NCBI RefSeq assembly: GCF_018350175.1
Contig: NC_058373.1
Location: 102,612,001-102,676,000, forward strand
Reading direction: 5' to 3'
Length of the DNA stretch: 64,000 nt
Origin: Felis catus
Taxonomy: Eukaryota
The notes below the pieces were generated by a model. That model worked only from the letters and a program-made list of their open reading frames with translations. It was not told the DNA's origin and made no database searches. Shown here piece by piece: positions 1-11,099 of this stretch (its first letter is position 1; every line of letters begins with the position of its first letter). The translations under genes were made by a program, and so were the position numbers.

Positions 1-300
1 TGAACCAATATTGATATATCATTGTTAATAAACTCCATATTTTATTCAGATTTCCCTAGTCTGAACTTTTTCTGTTTTGTTGGTCCTTCTTGTGTTCCAG
101 AATCCCATCCAGGATGCCACATTACATTTAGTTGTCATGCCTCTTCAGGCTCTTATTGGCTGTGACAGTTTTTCAGACTTTTCTTATTTTTGATGGCCTT
201 GATAGTTTTGAGGAGAACCGGTCAGTTATTTACAGAATGTCCCTTAATTGAGATTTGTCTGATGTTTCTCTTATGGGTAGTATGTCTTTGTTTCTCATTT
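1..300 (-). mobile_element. Old L1 (L1MC/L1ME-type) 3' UTR fragment
   Basis: gttccagaatcccatccaggatgccacattacatttagttgtcatgcctcttcaggctc resembles the recalled antisense 3' end of old mammalian L1. Confidence 0.6.
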
Positions 301-503
301 TATTTTTCTAATTTTTTTTTTTTTTTGTATTTTACAAAAGTATCAATCTGCAACAGATTAGAGAAATCCTTATCACAGATAGTTTGAGGAGCACTGGTCT
401 AAACCACTATTGTTCCACTCTAAGCATTTAAAATTCTGAAACAATTTCTTCTAACTAAACTATTGGTTTATTGTTAGATACTGTTATTTTTTCTGAATCA
501 AAG

Positions 504-543
504 TATTAGGAGTGGGGACTTCTAAATTTGAATCTCAAGAAAG
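504..543 (+). CDS. Candidate coding exon A of an unidentified gene (xLGVGTSKFESQER)
   Basis: Pyrimidine tract then aag at 501-503 (alternative tag at 507-509); donor AAG|gtaaat at 544; frame open and phase-compatible with exon B. Confidence 0.4.
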
Positions 544-556
544 GTAAATTACCTTT

Positions 557-740
557 AAAAAATGTTTATTTATTTTTTTTTAGAGAGAGTGCACATGCGT
601 GCAAGTGTACGCATGAGTGAGGTTGGAGGGGGCAGAGAGAGAGGGAGAGAGAATCTCAACGCAAGGCTTGAACCCACAAACAGTGAGATCATGACCTGAG
701 CTGAAATCAAGGGTTCGATGCTTAATGGACGGCTCCCCAA
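557..740 (-). mobile_element. Can-SINE (diverged)
   Basis: gagatcatgacctgagctgaaatcaag core; 12-bp TSD taaattaccttt at 545-556 and 741-752. Confidence 0.85.
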
Positions 741-1453
741 TAAATTACCTTTTTAGAAGATTATCTTTTTGGCTATCTATCCTAGGTCAGTAAATGCTCG
801 ATGGCTTACAAAGCATTGGAAAACACAAGCACAAATCAACTTTCAGCCATGAAGGAATGTCATGTTTCTGAATCAAGATCTTTATCCATGGGGTTTTCAT
901 GAAACTTAAGCCAGAAGCCCAGAGGTATCATGTAGACCCAAAAATAGCTATAGTGACTACTCATGTACATTCTGTTTCATTTTGCCTCCTTGCCAGCTGT
1001 TTCATTTTGGTTTTTCCTCTTCCCTCTTAATTTCACTACACTAAGTACCTTGAGCATTGACAGCCAAACTTTTTCCACTATATCACATTCCTCAGAAGGT
1101 TATCACTACCATATTCATCTTTTTAATTTTATGTCTCTTGTGATATACTCATTTTATTCATATAAGGAGTCCCCTAAACCTTCCTTCTTTGGGGATTCTA
1201 CCTTTGATCCTTGTGTCCAGAAACCTTGCTATAATGAATCTGCTTTGGGCTTTGATGCTAAAAGCTTCATTTGGTACATGTTTCTTCCTTGAAACGTGAT
1301 TCTTCCAGTTGCAAGATGCATGTTAAACAGTGTACATAAACCATTGTACGCCACTTCCTTTAGTTTCTTTTTATAATTCATGAAAGTATAGCCCATTTTT
1401 GCTTTGTTTAATGTCACAGCCTTTAATTTTGGGTTTACATCTCCTTTTTGCTT

Positions 1454-1645
1454 TTTAAAAAAATGTTCATTTTTGAGAGAGAGAGAGAGAGAAAGAGAGG
1501 AAGAGCGGGGGAGGAGCAGAGAGGGAGTGGGATAGCTTTGGCACTGACAGCACTGAGCTGATGCAGGACTCGAACTCACGAACCGAACCGTGAGATCATG
1601 ACCTGAGCTGAAGTCAGATGTTCAACCAACTGAGCCACCAGACAT
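1454..1645 (-). mobile_element. Can-SINE
   Basis: (GA)n tract, SINE core, TSD ctcctttttgctt on both sides. Confidence 0.9.
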
Positions 1646-1723
1646 CTCTCCTTTTTGCTTGTGAAGCTTTTGACTTCATTTTGAACAGCTAGTTCTAATT
1701 TCTTGCCTCACTTATTTTGATAG

Positions 1724-1771
1724 AGACAGCCATGAATTTGAGTTCGTTTTGGCTGGTTGTTCAATGAGAAG
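1724..1771 (+). CDS. Candidate coding exon B (DSHEFEFVLAGCSMR)
   Basis: Branch-like ctaat, pyrimidine tract, tag acceptor 1721-1723; donor AAG|gttgag; 48 nt, phase 2 to 2. Confidence 0.45.
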
Positions 1772-1882
1772 GTTGAGTCGCTATGAAGGATTTTCAAGAA
1801 CATTTTGCCTTAAGACTCTTGAATCTCATTTTAAAATTGTGGTAAGACGGTCCTTGCCCCCTCCTCAATCCTTACATAACAG

Positions 1883-1914
1883 TTGCCAACACAGAAGGAT
1901 GAAGAAAAGCGCGC
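1883..1914 (+). CDS. Candidate coding exon C (SCQHRRMKKSA)
   Basis: Acceptor tccttgccccctcctcaatccttacataacag; donor gtaaga at 1915; 32 nt. Confidence 0.5.
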
Positions 1915-2691
1915 GTAAGACTGACTACCCTTTGTGCATTCAGGGAACGGATGTGCAAGATGTGTTCATGGGCAAGATGCTGTTGCTACTTCAGTACCGT
2001 TGGGGCTGCTTGAAGGGTCAACTGCTCCTGTTTATTGTGGGAAATGGCAGGTTTACCATATTTTTTTAAAAGTACTGCCATAGCCATTTTCCTGAATATG
2101 TTTCTTTGGCACGACTTTATTTCCTTGCTATAATATTTGCCTCTGAGCTGGAACTCTTGAGTTTCAGGTGTCTGTCATGATTGGTTTCTTTACTTCCTTC
2201 CCTATCTCATTTTAAACAACTCAAGGAAAGACAAATTGTATATTCTCTTGTAGGTCTGCCTAGCCAAATGTGATTTTGCCACATGGTGTTTGCTTGTTCA
2301 TTTGCTCATGCGCTCATTCTTTTATTCACATATTGGGCACAGGTTTACAGAGACATTATTATGAAGCAACGTGAGTGCCAGGGATTAGAGGTACAATGGT
2401 AAAGGATAAGAAATTTTTGATTTTGTGGGAAAAAGACCCATGAAATGTATATCTACATGCATAATTCAAGATGAAATTCTGATCGAGGCTGTGAAGAATA
2501 AGTACAACTACAAATACCCCAGTTTTGTGACTGGAGATTGGGGGAGGCAAAGGCTTTCCTGGGGAGTGACGTTCAGATGGAGACTTGCAGAACAGCAGCA
2601 CTGGCCAGGTGGGGTGGAAAGAAAGAGCTCTCCACAAGGAACCCGCAGGTGGATGCTGGGTGAATTTGTTTTTCTTTGCTTTTGTCTTTAG

Positions 2692-2758
2692 GCTGGAAGA
2701 ATTTGCTGATTCAAATGATACGGAGACTCCACTACGTGCCAGACAGAGATAAAACCCT
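2692..2758 (+). CDS. Candidate coding exon D (RWKNLLIQMIRRLHYVPDRDKT)
   Basis: Strong acceptor tttttctttgcttttgtctttag; donor gtatgt at 2759; 67 nt. Confidence 0.55.
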
Positions 2759-3551
2759 GTATGTGGAAAGAACGTTGTATTAAATACTCTTTAACAATAT
2801 AGGGAGATAGTTTTATTTATGATTCTGAGATCATTTTTGCATCTAGTGTTCATTTCACTTCTTCTTTATATCAATACTTAATTGGGAAAATGCTCAAATA
2901 CACGCACTAAGGATAGAGGGATGATTTATAAAGGTGGGCAAAAAGATAATAATCTTGAAATCATTGATAATCCTCTCTGGGAGTCAGTTGCTTCATCTTT
3001 AATACGACAACGAGCTGGACTAGATGCTGTGTGAAGCTCCTCCCAGCTTCAAGTTTTAGTGAAGAGCCACTAACTTTCAGTATTTGCCTGGGCGAAATTC
3101 CAACAGCATTGTAACTTGGAATGTTTTACGTGAAATATACAACAGAGTTACTTCTGTGGACATAGTTTTGAATTATATGAAGATGTTTGCAAAATCTTAT
3201 TTTTATTTAGCCGTCGGTAAATTCCTTATCATTATTTATTCCTGTTCCAATTCACCAAACGTACTATTGCTTGGAAACTTACACTCAAGAAACACTAAAC
3301 CAATCAAGTGATATTCAGGCAAGTGTAATCAGTTATGTAGTTAATTATGCATATAAATTTCTTTTTGAATCCCTTTCTGTTTAAGCCCTGAGATTTAAAA
3401 CTGTTATTGGGAACCGGAAAGCAAAATTTAGTGCCAGGCATTAGGTTTTTTTTCCCTCCTGCTCAGTTGCAGAAAAGTATCAGATACTAAATCTTGAGCT
3501 AGTAGTACAGTTATAAAATGTTATATTTTCCAGATAATCCTTTGTGTGTAT

Positions 3552-3552
<1 letters not shown>

Positions 3553-3586
<34 letters not shown>
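3553..3586. repeat. (CA)n microsatellite
   Basis: Direct reading. Confidence 0.95.
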
Positions 3587-3588
<2 letters not shown>

Positions 3589-3763
3589 TATATTGCTCAA
3601 AGGGATATGCAAATACTGTTAAATATATTACAGTTTTGGGCAGAAGCGAAGACCCCGGCAAAAGACTGAGAGACTGCTAAAGTGTTTTGCTACTTTTAAA
3701 CCTGCTTTTATTCCTTTTCTGATCTGTGGCTGAAGCATGAACCACCTTTGTCATACTGCATAG

Positions 3764-3814
3764 ATGGCATCAGTCTGGCTGTTCCCTCATTGAATTAATT
3801 AATAAAGATTCCAA
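3764..3814 (+). CDS. Candidate coding exon E (LWHQSGCSLIELINKDS)
   Basis: Acceptor ccacctttgtcatactgcatag; donor CAA|gtgagt at 3815; 51 nt, phase 2 to 2, open. Confidence 0.45.
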
Positions 3815-4495
3815 GTGAGTCATAATTTTATCTAAGAGTAATTTTGGCAAGAGGATGCTTGGCTGAGTTCTCTTACATCTCTTTCTCCAAAGAGAATATT
3901 AGTCTTGGAGACCTGGCCACATTTCTGTAATGCATCCCTGTGGACCACTACCTGGCATTGGACAGAATGAGAGGCTTCTCTACACACTCTAAAGATGACA
4001 ACACAGAAAATAAAACCTCTGTTATACTTACAAGGGAAAAATAAAGCTAATAACTGTTCAGGTGGGAAGTGGGTTTGAGATCTCATAAGTCAATATTGGA
4101 ATACTGTTTTTAGCAGCTATTTGCTATGTAACTTCAGTGTCCCTGACTGAAAACAGAGTAGAAGTGCAAATAGTCCTTGTTCATTGACCTGGGCTTTCTT
4201 AAGGTCAGTAGGTTGACATTTATTGGGGTGGGAGAGGGAAAATCTGCATTGAAAAGTAATGAAGACCTTGAATGAAGGTTACTTAGGAAAGAATAAGGGG
4301 ATTATGTTACACAACATACAGTAAGGCTCTCTGAAAGTCCTCCTAAACATTTTTACTTTCCACCACATTTCAGTGCCTACATCAATTTTCATATGTTGGG
4401 TATTCACAAGATACTCCAATACAGTGGTCTAAAAGTTGCCTCTCTATCTGTCTGTCTGTCTGTGCACCCCCCCCCCCATCTCTGTCCCTTAACAG

Positions 4496-4615
4496 CTAGG
4501 ATGTAAATGATCCTGTTCAGCAGGGCAGGATATCCAAGAACCCAGGTTCTTCCTAATACTTTGCTCTGCATTGATATCACATGCCATGCGTAATAAAATC
4601 GGATGGATTCCAGTT
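4496..4615 (+). other. Candidate terminal exon: TAG 4497-4499, short 3' UTR, AATAAA 4592-4597
   Basis: Acceptor catctctgtcccttaacag; in-frame TAG follows at once; no good donor; poly(A) signal ~95 nt later. Confidence 0.45.
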
Positions 4616-4739
4616 GGAGGGAAAGGAGAAGAGAATGTGGAGGAGGGAGAGCTCTGTGTCGGAAGACCTAGTCTTGCACATTTCATTTCTGCTAACATTT
4701 TACTGGTGACAGCTTAATCACTTGACTACACCAAACGTG

Positions 4740-5490
4740 GCAGTTTGCAAATTGTCTACAATTCATCATTCTGCATGAACGTGTGACTCTGCAGTTCCTC
4801 TGATCAAGAGGTAGAGTTTATTTCTGTTCCTCTTGAATCTAGCTTGGACTTGTGACTTATTTTTGCTAGTAGATTTTGGTATTATTGAAGCCGTTCAGAG
4901 CCTAGACTTCAAGGGTTCTATTTTCTCCCTTGTAATCTTTTCCAGCCGCCATGTGAACAAGTGAGTGAGTCCAACCAGCCCGGCTGGAGGACGAGAGACT
5001 ATGTGGAACAGCGATGAACCCTCCCAGCTGACCCTGGCCCAAACTGATGGCCCACAGAATTACAAACTCAGTAAAAGGTTGCTGAAAGTTGGGTTCCCTA
5101 GGAAGCAGATGCTGAGATGAAATTGACATACAAAATGCCTGTGAGAGGGAAAGGGTAGGAAGCAGGGTGTGGCTGGGGGTGGCCATCAGAGCGTGATGTT
5201 CCTGACACATCTCCATCAAGGAGTTCCAAAGTAAAGATTGTCCATTAGCCAAGTCTCGAACTGGATTGAAATGGCTGGACCACAGCCTTGCTCTGTCACT
5301 GGATCGGTACCAACCTGAGATGAGAATGACTGTTTGAAAGTTGCCAGGTAACTCTACTTCTTCCTGTCAAGCAGTGAGTCTTCACTTGGAGAAGAATCTG
5401 AGTGGTGCCTCTCCATGTGTGCCACATTATTTTAAGCCACCAAGTTTTAGGGTTATTTGTTATGCAGCAAAAGCTAGTTGAGTCACATAA
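4740..5490 (+). mobile_element. MaLR (MLT1-type) LTR interrupted by an ERVL LTR16-like fragment (~5085-5425)
   Basis: MLT1-like 3' end tttaagccaccaagttttagggttatttgttatgcagcaaaagcta; inner piece starts agttgggttccctaggaagcagatgctgagat. Confidence 0.6.
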
Positions 5491-5716
5491 CTGCAAGGGA
5501 GGCTGGGAAATATAGTTGAACTGGACAACCTCGGCAAACAAAGGAACCTCCCTCTTTAAAAAAAAAAGCAAAGGAACCTCTTTAAAAAAGAGGGTGTGGG
5601 TGTGTGTGTGTGTGTGCAGGTGATCACAAATGGAGATAAATTGTCTAACCTTATTACCTACCTTGTGTAGTTGTGCAAATTAGAGCTAATGTACATAAAG
5701 TACCTAGTAGAGTTCT

Positions 5717-5884
5717 TGGAGGCGGATCCAGGTTTTGTCAGGCCAGAAGCTAATACAAATTGTAGGTCTCTTTTTAAGAATACAAAATTGCAAAAACGGA
5801 ATTAAATATAAGACTTTGGAAAGGGCCCCTGTGACAGCCTCAAAGCTTATCCTTCTTTACCTTTATATAGTAAACCTGCCCCTG
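5717..5884. mobile_element. Short hAT-type DNA transposon relic
   Basis: Termini ggaggcggatccaggtttt ... aaacctgcccctg form imperfect TIRs. Confidence 0.55.
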
Positions 5885-5921
5885 AAGATGCCTGATGGAT
5901 GATGTCTAAAAAATTACACGT

Positions 5922-6050
5922 TGGGGTGCTTGGATGGCTCAGTTGGTTGAGCATTGGACTCTTGGTTTCAGCTCAGCTTGTGATGTCGTGGTTTCATGGG
6001 TTTGACTCCCACGTCGGGCTCTGTGCTGGCAGCATGGAGCCTGTTTGGGA

Positions 6051-6081
<31 letters not shown>

Positions 6082-6880
6082 TGCCCCTCTCTGCCCCTCC
6101 CCCACCTGCGCCGTCTCTGTCTGTCTCAAAATAAATAAATAAACTTAAAAAAATTTTTTAAATTACATGTTAAGGGGTGTGTGGATGACTCAGAGGGTTC
6201 AGCAGCATACTCTTGGTTTCGGCTCAGGTCATGATCTCACGGCTCACGGGATTAAGCTCCATGACTGCTGTGTGCTGACAGTTTGGAGCCAGCTTGGGAT
6301 TCTCTCTATCCTTCTCTCTCTGCTCCTCCTCTGCTTGTGCATGCTCTTTCTCAAAATAAATAAGTAAACATCTTAAAACATTTTTAAAACTGACATGTTA
6401 TTATTTGTCCATTGAAAATAAAATCATATTGGGGCTCCTGGGTGGTTCAGTTGGTTGAGCATCCGACTCTTGATTTCAGCTCAGGTTATGAACCCAGGGT
6501 CGTGGGATCAAGACTGTGTCAAGCTCCATGCTGAGCCTGGAGACTGCTTAAAATTCTCTCTCTTTCTTTCTCTCTCCCTCTGCCCTTCTCCCCTGCTCAT
6601 TCACTCAATCTCTCTTTCTCACTCAAATTAAAAAAAAAAATTAGGGGAGCCTGGGTGGCTCCATCGGTTAAGTGTCCGACTTCAGCTCAGGTCATGATCT
6701 CACGGTTCGTGGGTTCCAGCCTTGTGTTGGGCTCTGTGCTGACAGCTCAGAGCCTGGAGCCTGCTTCAGATTCTGTGTCTCCCTCTCTCTCTGCCCCTCC
6801 CCCGCTTGCACTCTATCTCTTTCTCTCTCAAAAATAATTAAGCATTAAAAATTCTTCTTTTAAATTAAAAAAAAAGAAAG
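5922..6880 (+). mobile_element. Four head-to-tail Can-SINEs (~5922-6160, 6173-6388, 6431-6640, 6644-6880)
   Basis: Four gggg..ctgggtggctcag-like heads, each with (CT)n and an A-tail. Confidence 0.9.
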
Positions 6881-7142
6881 AAAATGAAATCACATAGCCA
6901 TTAATTTATTATCTAGTCATTGTTTGCACAAACAAAGTGTTAGCAGGTTCACTTGGGTGCAAAATCCACACCAACTCCAATTTCCTTCTGAAGGGAATAG
7001 GAGGTCCTCACCATGGGCAGAGGCCACTGATTTCTTTTGTCTTTCCATCCTCTGAACTTCCTGTGACAGACAAATCTGCATCCTTGTGAGGCAGAATCAG
7101 GCTTTCACTCTAGAAGCTGAAAATCCCAGAAGTGCCCTTTTT

Positions 7143-7363
7143 TTTTTTTTTAATTTTTTTCAACGTTTATTTATTTTTGGGACAGAGAGAGACAGAGCAT
7201 GAACGGGGGAGGGGCAGAGAGAGAGGGAGACACAGAATTGGAAACAGGCTCCAGGCTCCGAGCCATCAGCCCAGAGCCCGACGCGGGGCTCGAACTCACA
7301 GACCGCGAGATCGTGACCTGGCCGAAGTCGGACGCTTAACCGACTGCGCCACCCAGGCGCCCC
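7143..7363 (-). mobile_element. Young feline Can-SINE (SINEC_Fc)
   Basis: CpG-rich, near consensus; perfect 14-bp TSD gaagtgcccttttt at 7129-7142 and 7365-7378. Confidence 0.97.
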
Positions 7364-8669
7364 TGAAGTGCCCTTTTTGAGCCTCTTGCAGCCAGAGCAG
7401 AGGCACAGCACCAATCAATCAGGACACACACCCCAGACTTTGAAACGAAAACAATGGTGTGAAGAAGGAATCCAGCAGAATGTTGTCTGGCAGCCTTTAG
7501 GAGTACAGGAACAGTGTCTCTGGCAACAACGTCCAATGTCCAGTGTCAGTGGGATGGGGTGTGAGTTGCAGTGTTATGGTCCCTGTGCCAGTATGAGTAT
7601 AGATCCCAAATTGTCCAGGAGATGCCCAAAGTCTTTCAATAGATTTCGTTTCTTAAATCAGCCAAAGTCATTTTCTTATACTTTTGACTGGGACCCTGAC
7701 TGACTTACAATACATGGGGTTTTAATTTCAGCCCACACGCTGGGGAGCAGAAAATGTTCCCTTTCCCGTTGGTGGATTCCTACATCTGGAGATGCTGTGG
7801 AAAGAAGAGTGTGTTCACAGGAAAATCTGATGAAAAGCGTTTTCTTCCCTGGAGTCAGATTACTCGAGTTTGATAACTGCTGCCATTTACTTGCTATATG
7901 ACCTCGGGCCACTCCCAGTTTCTAAAAGTTTCTAAAATGTTGCTCCTAATACTGGGGTTGTTGGGAGGCTTACCGTGATGGCCTATCTGAAAGTGATCTT
8001 TAAATTGTTAAGGACTTACCAAGTGTAAGTTATTTTTAAATATAAAAAATCTACCAAGCTCTTGCTTCAAACCTGATCCACTAATTCCCCCCTTTGCATA
8101 GTTTGGGTAGTAATTAAAGTCAGTTTACGGGCTTGTACACATTCTTCACATAATTTGAGCTTGTTCCAACTTGTTTGTGTAATTAATTGGTGGCCTTTAC
8201 TATGCCAAACGTACGTTTGTAATTTTCTTCTTGCTATCTGAGCAGTAGGAATCACTCATCTCAACAACTCTTGGGTATTCTTCAAAATTGGGAAGAAATA
8301 AACTTTATCATTTGGATTTTTAAGAAAAGAGAAAGTAAATTCAGTGTGGGTAAAAACAACAACTTCGAGGTCATTTATGCAATCCAATGATTGATCTTCA
8401 CGTTTTTCCATTCTTAGTTTGGAGTTTCAGAGTTTCTCTTTGGAGTTTTTTTTCCGGAATTTCTCTTGGATAGAGACCTTGAATAAGGAGCTGAAGGCAA
8501 ACTTGGAGAGAGCAGGCCTCTGAGTATTTCTGTAATTATTCCTGAGATTCTTTATAAAACGTTGTTTGGCCTATATATATGTATATATATATATATACAC
8601 ATACATACACAGAGAAGTTGAAAATATAAAGAAGAAAGCTATCTCAATCCCATTGTTATACTTTGGCAG

Positions 8670-8995
8670 TCATCTGTTGTTTAGCTGTTTATTCTGCATA
8701 TAATTATCCACTCCAAACCTAGTGGCATAAAACATTTTATGATGAATGTGGATTCTGTGTGGAATTCAGGAATTCAGACAGAGGACTGTGGAGTGGCTGT
8801 CTCTGCTCCTGGGCCTCAGCTGAGAGAACTGCTGGTGAGTCACTAGCAGGGACTGGAGTCATCTGGTGACTTCTTCAGTCACAGGTCTGCTGATTGTGCT
8901 GGGACTGGAGGCTGAACTCACAAACCATGAGATCATGACCTGAGTCGAAATCAAGAGTTAGACACTCAACTGACTGAGCCACCCAGGTACCCCCA
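8670..8995 (-). mobile_element. MaLR LTR fragment (8670-8910) fused to the head half of a Can-SINE (8910-8995)
   Basis: LTR-like sequence runs directly into gctgaactcacaaaccatgagatcatgacc. Confidence 0.65.
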
Positions 8996-9136
8996 TTGTA
9001 GAGTTTCTAAAAGTTAATTCAGTCAGAAAAATAAAATTTTGGAAAAATGATATCCAGTAAGAGTTAAAACATCTATAGGTCTAAACAATGATACTGTTTC
9101 TAATTTCAAAGCTATTATTTGGTTCAACATTTTATT

Positions 9137-9293
9137 TATTCATTCATTTAGTTAGTTAGTTAGTTAGTTAGTTAATTAGTAGGCTCCACCAGCGTGGAGC
9201 CCAACATGGGGATTGAACTCACGATCCTGAGATTAAGACCTAAGCTGAGATCAAGAGTTGGATGCTTAATCAACTGAGCCACCCAGGTGCCCC
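9137..9293 (-). mobile_element. Short-form Can-SINE with (TAGT)n tail
   Basis: TSD tcaacattttattt on both sides. Confidence 0.85.
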
Positions 9294-9576
9294 TCAACAT
9301 TTTATTTGAAGATAAATATAGGCTGTAAGCCCAGCTTGTGTTAAAAAAAAGAAAAGAGAGAGAGAGAGCGAGAGAGAGAGAGAACTAAATAAGGTGTTAT
9401 TTCATCTCATAATTTGTTAAATAATGTGAATTCCATGTAGTAAAATCATGGTTTGACTCTTTTGTGGTCACAGGGTCATAGAGAATGTTGCTATGCTTCA
9501 AATAACTTGGGCCAAATAACCTGGGTCATGAGTAGCTCCTGATTAGGAGGTCTGGGCTGTGTTCTGAATTCTACGT

Positions 9577-9617
9577 TTCTTTTTTTTTTTTTTTTAAATG
9601 TTTATTTATTTATTTTT

Positions 9618-9654
<37 letters not shown>

Positions 9655-9812
9655 GCAGAGAGAGAGAGGCAAAGAGAGAGAGAGACAGAGAATCCCAAGC
9701 AGGCTCTGCACCATCAGCCCAATGCAGGGCTTGAACTCACGAACTGTGAGATCATGCCCTGAGCTGAAACCCAGAGTCGGATGCTTAACCCACTGAGCTA
9801 CCCAGACACTCC
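9577..9812 (-). mobile_element. Can-SINE
   Basis: T-tract, (GA)n, SINE core. Confidence 0.9.
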
Positions 9813-10139
9813 TAAATTCCACACTTCTAACAAGCTCCCGGAAAAGCTGTAGCTCTTCTGCAGGCCAATTTTTGAGCAGCAAAGGTTAGAACAGAGGGGA
9901 AACCCAAACAGGAATACACTTTGCATAGCCCCTCCCTACTCTTTAAGTGTTTTTCTTTAATTACAAAAATTTTTTTTTAATTATAAAAAAATTTTTTTAA
10001 TTATAAAAAATGTTCATGCTATAAAATATTTGTATTGCAGACATATATAGTCTCCTTAATGACTGCCTTCCTTAAGAAAATGGAAAATCGTATTAACTAA
10101 CATGTATTTGCTTATTTATGTGTTTGTTTATTGAGCTCT

Positions 10140-10340
10140 AAGTGATTTACATGCATCTTCAGGTGTAACACTCAGACAGCCATGTGAGAGAAATGCTATT
10201 AGTCTCCCCATTTTACAGATAAAGGAGTGGAAGTATAGAGAGGTTAACTTGTTCATGGTCACAGCCAGAAGATGCCAGAGCTAGGATTCAAACCAGCCAC
10301 CCTGACTCCAGAGCCTTCAATCTGAACCACATGGCAAATC
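10140..10340 (-). mobile_element. MIR
   Basis: ccccattttacagataaaggagtggaagtatagagaggttaacttg core. Confidence 0.75.
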
Positions 10341-11099
10341 TGCCAAGTCTGTTAATTTTCTTCTCTCTATGCACATGCTAAGATTAACGAATTCTAATTA
10401 TAATTTAAAACAAATGTGAGATTATTCCATGTGTATTATTTATTTACATATTTTGCATGCAAGTAGTTCATCTGGGGAAGAATTCCAGGAAGCTGGAGTG
10501 GGGAGGGGAGTTTCTTCTAAGAATGAAATAAGTAAGGTAGGAGACAAAACCAACGCAATGGTGAGTTAGTGAGCTGGTTCCTACTCGGGGCGACTGGGGC
10601 TCAATCCCAGTAGAGACCCGCTACAGAATTCTGTGGACCATGCCTCAGAAATGTCTACCGCAGATGTGGATGATTCACTGGCTCCCACCACTCCTTCATT
10701 TGGGGCCGTGTTAAGTCCCTTGCATTTCCAGAATGAAGCATGCCAGCATGGTTGAGAGGACTCCTACAGGTAGCTTCTGGAGTGTGTCCCAGAGAGGCCC
10801 CAGGCAACAAGAAAGAAATACTCAATGGGGCCAAGAGGAGGCACCATCAAGCTGCATGTGCACTCAGCTGGGTGGTGCATAGTAAATAAAAAAAAATTTT
10901 TTTTTAATTTAAATTTAAACTTTTCATGCACATAAGAAAAAACTTTAAATTAGTCTATGGATTAAAAAATAAGTCCCTGTCTGACCACTGACTTCTGCTT
11001 ACCCAGTCCTCTCCAGGGGCAATTTTTGTGTGTACTTTCCTATATATCTTTTCAGAGGTATCCTACCTATATGCAAACAGAACCTTAGTTTTTCCCTTT

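Noticed and set aside
1842..1882. Alternative donor gtaaga at 1842 spliced to exon C
   Set aside because: Would leave a 41-nt intron, too short for a typical mammalian intron
1749..2069. 106-aa ORF as a single-exon gene
   Set aside because: Non-ATG start; better explained as exons B and C joined through a stop-free 111-nt intron
6431..6520. tRNA genes at SINE heads
   Set aside because: tRNA-derived SINE heads, not complete cloverleaf genes
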